Shown here in pieces: positions 1 through 10,400 of a stretch of 64,000 nucleotides of DNA. Position 1 is the stretch's first letter; every line of letters begins with the position of its first letter. Made by a program: the position numbers and the translations under genes. The DNA is taken from contig NMRA01000124.1 in the NCBI GenBank assembly GCA_002633005.1, positions 451,814-515,813 of the forward strand, in the 5' to 3' direction. Origin of the DNA: Phoronis australis (Eukaryota > Animalia > Phoronida). The notes below the pieces were generated by a model that saw only the letters and a list, made by a program, of their open reading frames with translations, was not told where the DNA came from and made no database searches.

Positions 1-103
1 TTGTCACTCAGGATAGTCGATATACAACCGTAACTTATCATAGGGATCTCCCAAGCTGCTGCTAACAGGGCTCCAGGCTCACAAATGGCGTCGCACGCTG
101 GCC
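1..103 (-). CDS. Same receptor gene, coding exon 2 (continues off the left edge)
   Basis: Acceptor ttttcag at 110-104. Splicing to exon 1 gives IG|PACDAICEPGALLAAAWEIPMISYGCISTILSDK, the GPxC...W.IPMISYG...LSDK pattern of receptor guanylyl cyclase ectodomains. Not in the ORF track. Confidence 0.8.
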
Positions 104-339
104 CTGAAAATAAAAGTAAAATAATTTAAACTTCTTCTTTAACCCAAACGCACTTTCCGTAAATCTAATTACCAGTAATCAAGAAAGAATTGTGCCATTA
201 ATATTAAGTATCCTCACAAAAACACTGGATCAACGAAAAATATACGTAAAACTATAAACGTTCTTCTTTTTTATAGAAACGCCTTTAATTTAATTGAATT
301 CGCAGTTAAGAAGGTTATCGTTAGGTCTAGACTACTTAC

Positions 340-646
340 CGATGAGCGCATCTGCACCTTTCTTTGACCAAATGTCGACAATATGTTTCAGGCCTGTACT
401 AGCGTCGCACTGTGTGTCCCGCCACACGAAGTCTACCGTGTGATTATCTCTTCGCAGCATAGTGAAAGTGGGATCCTCGTTTATTCTGTCCATGGCTATC
501 AAGGCCGCACTGACCGATGTTCGACCAATGGGCCATGGTCCAGTGGTTGGAATAAGGACACCCAGTCGAAATTTTCTCGCCTCTGTGGCGTAAACGTATA
601 GAATCAATTGGAAAACGAGAGTTTTGAGTAATGGGACACGTTCCAT
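340..646 (-). CDS. Receptor guanylyl cyclase / ANP-receptor-like protein, coding exon 1 (signal peptide and start of the ANF_receptor ligand-binding domain)
   Basis: ATG at 646, hydrophobic signal peptide, then RLGVLIP...AALIAMDRIN...DTQCD...ALIG. Ends at a phase-1 donor G|gtaag (339-335). Confidence 0.8.
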
Positions 647-3298
647 TATGCAAACGTGCAGGTATAGCTGAATCCATGTGTTGGGAGTTTTGTCTCACTA
701 TCTTTATGTACGGAATCTTTGGGGAATAGACATCCCGCTAAATCACGTTTTGCCATCACTAAGTATGCAAACATCTCCGGAATAAACTTCACAACAGGCC
801 AATTAATGTCAGCGTGATTACTTAATTGGTTACGAAAGAAGTATTTACATTGTTGACGCCTTGTAACCACAACAACGCGTTAGTCATGACCATTCTGTTG
901 TAATTCTTGTGTCAAACTTGACATACTAATTAATCCATGTTGAGCCCGATTCACGTTAGATGGGGTAAATTAGACACCTCTAGAGTCTTCAGCAGGAATC
1001 AACAAAGCGCTAACGCAAGCTTCATGACCACCTGGATCTAATTAGGAGAAACAGAAATCTTCATATTTTAGGTAAAGTTTCCCAGCAAACATTCAACATC
1101 ATTTATATATTTTGATTTTTATTGCAGCACCACGTGGGACAAATTGTCAATGTATATAACGTTTGGCGGGTTTAAGCCCGCCCTCGGCCGAGAACAAGAA
1201 TAAAATAAAATGGCAGCCGAAAATTCTGTTTTGGTGGTTACACGAGCATTTCCTTCGAAAATTGCAAATCTCCCCACTCCTTTGCGACATCTAGATCCGT
1301 CAGTGACAGTAGACGAAAGGCGATTACACCAAGTTAAGTGCACCCATGTCAGAATATTCGAAGGTGCAATAAAACCACATTCTGTAAAAATACTTTGATT
1401 TTGCAGCTCACCACTTAAATTAAAGGTATTTAATGGGCTTGGTAAGACTTTAATAACATGTCGTTACTGCATGATCGCATTAGATTATACTCGACTAGAA
1501 GTTTTGACGCGGCTGGTCATCGTACATGTATACAAGCCGGTTTGACTACACCGGTTGGTCAGTTTATTGTCCGAGCTCGGCGTCATCCCAAACCAGTTTT
1601 TAAAGAGGGATGTATGTCTAAACCTGAAGGTAACCAGGAAGCTGAGGGGTGTCTCATAAAACTTTTTTGTCTTATCTTAGCTCGAAATCGGACTAACTTA
1701 GAAGCAAAATGTCTTAACCCCGTTCCATGAAATTCTAAAGATCGAAACTAAGGCCGAAATCAATCTAAGCCAAGACCCAAAGTTAGCCTGCCACGAAGTA
1801 TAATTAAGACTGGTCTAAATGACAATTGTTTTTACTACTATCACTGTAATATGTTGAAGAACGAAATTTGAGGAACGTGGCCTTGCCTTCCTTTATACAA
1901 ACAGTCCCTTTATTCGATCAGACGAGTTTGGAATGCATGGACTGATAGATCAGTAGCCACACCTCTTTCTCCACCACCCTTCTTTATTTTCAGTTGAGAA
2001 CTACAAAAAGTCTGGAGACATTGTTTTTCTTTATTTTGTCTTCATATGAGCACTTCGTGTTCTTTAACTGTTTATTTCAATTCAAGACGGTACTGTACAA
2101 GTATATTTGTATACACCCAGTTTACGGAGCAAAAAACCCTTTGTGTAAACTCAATTCGATAACATGATAATTATTAAGTAATACTAAATGTCCTTGTTTC
2201 ATAAAAATTAGAGGGACATGATCAGTGCGATATTTTTCTGAGATCAGCCTCCGACACTTATCTCAAGTTCGCTCAAAACTGGAAGAGACAGTGTCAAAAC
2301 TGGCTTCGATTTCGAGTACAAAGGTTAGACACCAGATCCGGACAGATTGTTCTAAAACCCCTCGATCGACCCCCACACACCCAAGACCCCCTCGACCCGC
2401 GGCCCACAAATCCCTTGAGCCAGTCTACATATAAGGTCGAATCGATCTGAACAAAGAACAAGCGCTGTTTTGCAAGACCAACGAGTCGGGTCGCGAGCTC
2501 AGCTGACTTTTCCCTTTTTTTTGCTATTAAAAGAGTCAGTTCGGCAAGTTTGAAAGCCAAGAACAGAAAAAATAACGCGACCAAATAAAAACAAAGACCT
2601 TCCATTGTTCAAATGTCGTTCCGGCAGAGTGTAATTGTCTCGTCTGCTCTTCAGCAGTGAATGACAGATTCAAGCTTTTTTTCGGGAGTGGGAGGAACAA
2701 ACAATTATGTAATTTCCTCTGTAAAAACAGTTTAAAAAAACAAAGAGTTAACTAAAAAGTATCTCGGCATTACACGGAACATATTGTAAACGAGTATAAA
2801 ACAGAAAACAAATAATATTAACGTGAAATTATGTGCATTCACGTTAACATACTCTCCCTTAAAGTTTAGTAGAACAGTGCCATCGGTTAGCCGTTCATGG
2901 AACTATTTCCGTGACAATTACATGTAGCTATTTCAGCTAATGTTCTTACGTCACTTTTTGTTTTTAACCACCACTTGAGCCAGAGCAGACTCGCGTGCAG
3001 GTAATATCTTATGGGAAACTCATTCAGCGAACATTCAAGAATAACCCCAGAAAAGTGTCTTTGGGCGTAATACCGATAATGTCCTGTTACGAGCCGGTTT
3101 TACTAAAGATCGTTGTTAACACTTTCGTATGCACATCATTTCGAACGCAACGCCGCGTTTTTTAACAAACGCAAAGCGTCACAACTCAATTGAGGCGGCT
3201 CTACGAGCCACGTTGATGAACAACTTACAGGTGCAAAAGTTAAGATGAGTAACGACGGCCATTGATACAGGTAAGACCTTTGATAGACCTTTGATAAA

Positions 3299-4017
3299 CA
3301 AAGGTATTAGAAAAATGGGAAAATACTTATGGTTTTGCAAGATTAATGACCAAATGGAATTTACGTTGCCAAACTTTTGTTTTTTGTACTTCAAACGTTA
3401 AACTCACATGGTTTCAAATGAGAAGTGTACACAGAATTTTAGCACAAATAACTTTTTAATGCGAATTGCTATTTCTCCTACTGACCGATATACCTTTTGT
3501 AGGAATGAACCTGAAAGTTTAGAACATTTATTTTGGGGTTTGCTTTTTTGTTAAGTCTTGTTGGCAAAGAATAGCTGAATATTATATTTACGCAAACAAC
3601 GTCAATATATCGATAGATTTTCAAGCTGTTCAATTTGGTAAAAATGGAAAAGAGAATGGTCTGTTGAATCTTATCATTCTTTTGGCCAAAAAGCATATAT
3701 ACTGTAGAAAGCTAAAAATGGACCATCCATCTATAACACTTTTCAAAAAAGAATTAGAAATGTATACCAAATTCGAAAAATATAATTATTGTAAAATGGA
3801 TTAGGAGACCTATTATTACAAAGACGGTCTGTTTTTACTCTTTAAAAAGTAATACAGATGGGAATGACTACACTTGGCTTTTTGGTTTGTGAAACTGATT
3901 TTTCGGTGAAATGTGGGCGTTTGCGTGTGATGTGTCATTGAGGATTTCTTCTGTCTTTTTGCAGTGTTGATATTATTTTTGCAATAAATGATAAGAACCA
4001 CATAATTAAATAAAAAA
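3299..4017 (+). mobile_element. 5'-truncated L1/Tx1-like LINE 3' end with A-rich tail and 13-bp TSD
   Basis: zf-RVT-like TFCRNEPESLEHLFW at about 3492-3536; tail aattaaataaaaaa. GACCTTTGATAAA occurs at 3286-3298 and 4018-4030, with a single copy at the paralogous site (~47810). Confidence 0.75.
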
Positions 4018-4964
4018 GACCTTTGATAAAGCGAATTCTAATACTATTTATTTGTTTTTAACATCACTTAACATTTTTATATTTTAAAGAGTGATATATA
4101 TGTATATATACATGTACATTTATTTAAAAATACACAAAACCTACAAGGAAATTAATGACAAAAACAGAAATTGCAAAGCATTATGTCTGGGTTGTAGACA
4201 GTACATAGATGAAAGTAGTATACACAGAACTATATATATATAAGTAGTGTCTAATATAAGTATTCGAATACTTGGACATGCTATTACAAACACATTAAAC
4301 AAAAACATGTAAAGACATGGAAATCCCGTCATAATTACTTTCAATATACTCTGTATTTGCATGTCATTGGGATTTTCTCATGTCAAATGTTTACTGAATT
4401 TAAGTCACGTTCTTGAGGAAATAAAATTAGCGATTAACTGAAAAGGCTAGACTTCGACAACTCGAAAAAGATACAAAAATGAAACTAAAAATGGCAAGTG
4501 CAACAAAGAGTCATATGAATTTACCCTCTCTTCTTAAAGTTTAATCTAGGAACATGTTTTGTTGAGAGGTTGACCTGACATTTTACGGTTAGGCTCTATC
4601 TCGCACCTCCCTGGGATTTTTATTCACTAGTTTACTTGCAACTTTCTACGCGAGATTTTTTAATATCGAAGTAAACTCTCAACTCTGTTGTCTAACCGAA
4701 TGCGGAAGTGTGGTGTGTGAAAACTCGCTACACGTGCATGTCTTGCATATCTGCAAATTTTGTTCATACAGTCACTGGCATAGTGGAAAAGCCATTAATC
4801 TCATTTAGCCAGCCAGGTAGCTGTATGAAGACTATCGTCAAAATACAGCTAGGTACCGCTGTGTCTTAATCTTCCATAGACCCCAAAATTGCACAGATCG
4901 AGGGTAATTATGCTCGTCACCTCGCCCTGAAACTTGGCAACATGTAAAGCTAAAAACTGGACAG

Positions 4965-5492
4965 GGTGCATTCAAAATCTGGGAATCAACCGACACTCAC
5001 CTTGCCCGTTACAGCCGTTTAAGTTAAAAACAATCTAATCAACGTCATTTTCTTGCGTAATCCTCCGCCTTTTCTAACAAAGAAAGTTATGTCGTCATTT
5101 CGAAAACAGTACGCTCGTGACACGCACACGTGCCATTTCCTAAATTTTTGCGACAGCTCTCGGGAGGTGACGAGAGCTTGGCAACAGCAAAATTTCTTCT
5201 GAAAGTCGGTTTGCTGGTATCAAAATTCTAAAAACTTATAATTAAGTGAAACCAGTTCCGATAATTTGTTGTGACGTGTACGCAACATCGTGAAACAACA
5301 ACAGTTGATTGAAGAATCGGCGAAAAAGAAACTAGCTAATAGGTGACACAATATTCCATGGCGCCGAAAGTCGCCGCAGAAGATCGCCACAAATTCAGCA
5401 TCAGATTAACGGTAGAACGCCATTTTTTCCAAAACCAGGGAATAATTTTATTTACTCAAATAAATGTGTAGTTTTTAACGACACTAATTTTG
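4965..5492 (+). repeat. Dispersed repeat (unclassified TE), second copy at 12407-12920
   Basis: Direct similarity from gggaatcaaccgacactcaccttg to tgtagtttttaa.gacactaattttg; absent from the corresponding copy B positions. Confidence 0.7.
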
Positions 5493-6094
5493 TGTCATAT
5501 TTTAACTGGTCAGTTTTTTACCCACATCAGCGCAAAGCTGTACATTTAGTATGCAGCGACAAACAAACAAGTAGCCAGCAAACCAATTTAATCAAGACCT
5601 TTACAATTTTAAAATCTCGAGCGACTTAATACGCTCCAAAGCATCAGGGCTACCTGAATTTTGCTACAAATATAAATTCATGAAAAACACAGTCGTGTCT
5701 ATTTTTGAGATCTTATCCATCTTACCTAAACAGTAAAAGTTTTGAGAAGAAATGTTACTGTCCTGACAAAACTGGCTCACATTATTCAAGAAAACATACG
5801 AGCATATGTTCAATCAAGAATACAAATTTTGTTCCATGCACGTCAGTGGTGGTACCTAACAAACAGACACCATTGTAGTACTGTATTATTTTCCTGATAT
5901 ATTCACTTAATCACCGAAGAGCAAAATGTACGTCTCCAAAAGACGTTACAATCATAAAAAGAATGCTATATTAGATACGCATGCATCCCCATTATTTATT
6001 TTAGAAAGCTGGGCCGGGGGCACTTGTTAAAACAATACATCACGAAATAATACGTTAAGATTAAGACGCATCCTAAGCACTGCGGCAAGATAAA

Positions 6095-6277
6095 CTGGGC
6101 CCAGTTACATAAAACTCCGCCCTTTGCTGAGTTGCATAAAGCTTCAAAAGTTATCCGCTGGATAAGTTTGATTGTTGCATGACGTCGGGTGCATCGTTTA
6201 ACAATAACAGCGTGACGAATGATAATGCGACGTCATTGTTGCTATACAGCGTATAACTTTTATGCAACTGAGCTCAG
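6095..6277. mobile_element. Harbinger-like MITE (CWG flanks), composite
   Basis: TIR core agttgcataaa...tttatgcaact; reverse complement of 38351-38505. Confidence 0.65.
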
Positions 6278-6533
6278 TTATCACAAACTTTGATGTAGCA
6301 GACAAAATAGTTTTCTGGTTCATTGGAGATTATAATCCTGTGTCAGAATTTATCCGAAACAATGATGGCGGTCTCGTCACTTCCAGTTCTGCCTTTGACG
6401 TCTTCTGGATGACAGAAATTTTTACATACACTGATACGTCAAATTACAATGTATTTTGTGACGTCAATGAAAACAGAGAACGCAACTACACTACCAGTCA
6501 ACAGGGGGCTTGGACGACCCATTTCATTCAGCA

Positions 6534-7434
6534 TTACACATCACTCGTCTGAACTGCATTCAAATCTAGATCAGTGCCATTTGATTTCAAATATTCTTGA
6601 AATTCGTAAACGCTGTCCTCTTCTCTGTCTAAAGCATGGCCACCTTGGTACGAAAGTTGGTCGTCTTCTGCAGCTGGAGTTGATCTGCCAGAGGAAGTAC
6701 TGCATTGATGACCAGTAACAGCCTGCGTAATATTTAGTTGTCTCTGTGTCAGAATGTCTACGGAGTCAGGCAACGAATTTGAGTAACGGTCGTTGCTAAC
6801 ATTATCTATTTGTATATCTTTAACGCGCAAGTTTCTTTCATTCTTTGGACACTGAATTTGATTATTGTCTCCAATAGAAACAAACGATGGAGTGCTGCAC
6901 GACGAACGTATTTGCGGTGATGCAAGAATAGATGAGGCCTCGCCTTGATCGTCAGCGAAACAAGGCATTGGGGAAGCAATCACTCGTTTGGCCTCATCAG
7001 ATTCGTTAGGCTCAAACATAGGTAGAAGGGGTGTCATGTCGCCATCGAAGGGGTTTTCCTTCATCTGTTTACTGTGTCGGTCTAAACGTTGGTCTTTACT
7101 AGAAGATTCGTTTGAAGACGACTGGCGATTTTTGTCATAATTAATAAGAAAAAAATCTTCACTTGTTTTACTATTTAAACTCGTTTCGCTTCCCAGTGCA
7201 TTTCTACTCAAGTCGAGGCTACAGTTACTGCCTGCGCTCCCATCCGGTCGATTGCTTCGCCTTCGAGATGATGGCAGCAGAAATTTGATCAAATCTTGAT
7301 CAGTTTGAACAGCAAAGTTACGCTTATTTTGAGGTGTCAGGTTACTTGACATACACCCCGTAACGTCATCGTTTCGGGCGTCGGCCCATTTACAACGGCG
7401 ACCGGAAGCACAGAAATCTGCCGTATTGCTGGAT
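6534..7434 (-). CDS. GRM1/5: mGluR copy A coding exon 8 (intracellular tail, ends QTSDV*)
   Basis: tttttcag|A TCC matches the phase-2 donor of exon 7. Ser-rich ORF homologous to 52276-53296. Confidence 0.82.
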
Positions 7435-10400
7435 CTGAAAAAGGCGACATAGGCTAGAGGATGATTCATCAACTAAAGGTTTTATGGTACAAAACTGAAA
7501 ATGTCCTAGTGAGCAACACGAACTTTACACGCCTATTAAACAAGTGTTTCCAAGATTGAAAAGGAGGTTTATCGTGGAGTCTCTATTGTTTAATGTGTTT
7601 CAGGTTTTCCTCATCATTTGTGTTAATTAACTATAGCAAGGACACACAACAATTTCAAGAACTACAGTTTTTCTCAACAAGGACTCTGACTCCTACTTTT
7701 AACCACACTTTCCATATTTTGACAATGTGTGACCATTCACAAGCAGTTTGCAACCACCAAACTACGTTAAATAGATGAACAACTTTCATCTGCGAGCAGC
7801 GACCGTGTATGCAACCTGTGAGCAGATACGTGCCCTACTGGGAGTCACGAACGTTTATGGCGTAACCGTCTGTCACTGCTTGTATTATTTAAGGACTGGA
7901 GAAGAAAAGACGTATTTTAAAAGATTTGAATATTTAAAGAAATTGATACAGCAAATCAAGTTAATATAAGAAATGTGTTAATAGGTGTCCATTTGCACCT
8001 GCCACGGTAGCTAATCAGATCAGACTTTACATAAACAGCAGTTGAACATGGCCCTGTCAATCAGTAGAGCTGGGAAGCAGAGTTATGTCCTCGCATAATA
8101 TCCATATTGGCAAGGATCACTGATAATGTTTCCTGTAAAGATTAGTTATATTGTAAAACTGGAACTGATTTGAAACACCACGTCCAGTTGACGTCCACAC
8201 GGTCCTTGTGAAGTTGAGACGTAGTGAGCATATTTTGCTCACACTGACAGGAATATCGTATTTGATCGGTTTACTCGAAATCGAAATCGAAAATATTTTT
8301 AACATTTTCCTTTCCACGTTCGTATGAACTCAAGACAAAAGAGTGTCTATTATTCTGCGCTCGAGTATACTATGGTTTACGTGGATGACTGTGTAATGCT
8401 ATTTTGCACTTGATGACCCCAGCATTAAAGGTGTAAGTTCGAGTCTGAACTCGAAATCTCGAATTTTTACTAGAGTTTGTAGCTCGCAGCTAGGGGTCAT
8501 CAAGTGCAAATTTGGACAACATACTCGATTGCGTAATTCATGATATCCTCCAGCATAGAAGAACAAATAGTTATTGTGATAGTGGTATGTTTTATATATT
8601 TTAGAAATAATTAGAGCATGTAAAAAGTTAGTGTTTAGGGGATAAGAACCAGTGTGCGGGAGTATCACCGATATGCCATTGTTCAGTGCTGATAAATTAG
8701 GGTGCTGTTTTTAATACTAATGTCAAAAAGGAGATGGGTTGGTAACTGGTTTACACTCTTTCTATATTCGGTTAAATAGAGATATTGAGCCTGACCTGCT
8801 TTTGACTGTATTCTAGTTTCTGCAGTGTACCGGAAAGGTTGTGGATCTAAGCTTGTGTTTGCCATGTTAGGTGAGATTTGCAATTTGTCTACTTTCGATT
8901 GTATGAGCAACTTATCACTACTGTATATAAATTCGGGTGCAGTCTGTTGTGCTCTCTAGATTTTATCACGAAATGCAATCGGTTTCGGATGACTTTGACT
9001 GTAAGGGTGTGGTACGGCGGCCATGTTGTTTCCGTTTGGGTGAGGCCCTATTTTGATGAAGACTTCAGCTAGTATTGTTTACTTTAACATTATTACGGAG
9101 ATCCACAATTGACGCTTAAGTATTACGGACCATTTTATAATTCAGTTAAGTGAGAATCTTTAATCTAAAGACAGCCGGGGAGAATCTGACCACATTGATT
9201 TTGTAGGTGTTACTTTATTGTTTATCTGCGTATGTTTACCTAGAATTTGTAAAATGCTTAGTAATATAGATGGATTGCTAATCAAGTGTTTTTCTGGACA
9301 AATAATTTTGCAAACGTGTGTAAATCCTAAACTGTGCGTTTCAACCTGGCTCTAGCTATTCTATTGTAAATATTGTTTTATTGTTATAGGGTTGAAGTTT
9401 GCGAATAAATAATTTGGAAAAACTACTAGCAATTTATGTCGAGCCCCGTTACCTTACCGTAAGATCATATTGAATGAAATGGGGAATTCCAAATAAATTT
9501 TCGATTTCGAGTAAATTGATTATATCCCTTGCCCTGGCACCACTCTGCATGTTACGTTACATTATTCTAAGTGAAAAAGACAATTCCAGGTCGTAAAAGT
9601 CACCGCGTAATCAAAAGTTAATAAGAAGATGATCAAACACAAAAAGATTCCGCATATGGCACGTCTTTGTGTGGTCTTGAAGATTTAGAGTCTTATAAAG
9701 GAGCAAAAAGAAAAGAAAAGAACACAATTTGAACCTAAGAAAAATGTTTCACTGATTGTCCCCGTAGGTCAAAATACACGTCACCAACACATAAACATTC
9801 AAAGAGGTTTTGATATATCATGAATCTCCAAACCCATCGAGGTATTCCTTTCCCTTTGGGTTCAGTTCTTATCCTCGTAAAGCAATTAAACTTTTGGAAC
9901 AAAATCAACTAACAATGCTGCGAAAAAATACATGTATAGTTAAATCGTTTGTCAATTGCGAAATGATGTTTGGAAACCTGATAAATAGCCAAACAGCCAA
10001 ACAGTCATGACAAGGAATATCAGCACGTCTTTAAATAGTGTGCATGCAAAATTAAATTTACGTCAAGTGAAACAAAGTCACCGAAACTTGCATCAATCCT
10101 TACCTTTCGAAGCTGTCTACACTTTTATCTTTGTTCTTTTTAGAACCAAAATGACATCTAATATATTTAGAGGTTTTGAAGGCAGATCTCCGGTTCTTCT
10201 CTGGTCTCCAAATTATGATATACACCTTGGGCCAGAATAGTAGCACCAGAGCAACAGTGGCACTGATACTGATAGCTATGCACAAAGAAAAGACTTTAGA
10301 GTCGCTTCCGAAGTATATGGGAACGCACGAGATCCATATCACACAAGTTGTGTACATGCTGAAACCAATAAATTTGGCTTCGTTAAAGTTTTCTGGTAAG

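Noticed and set aside
10100-10103. In-frame stop right after the 7TM exon in both copies (short-tail isoform)
   Set aside because: AG|GTAA creates this stop automatically at a phase-2 donor; no independent evidence for an isoform.
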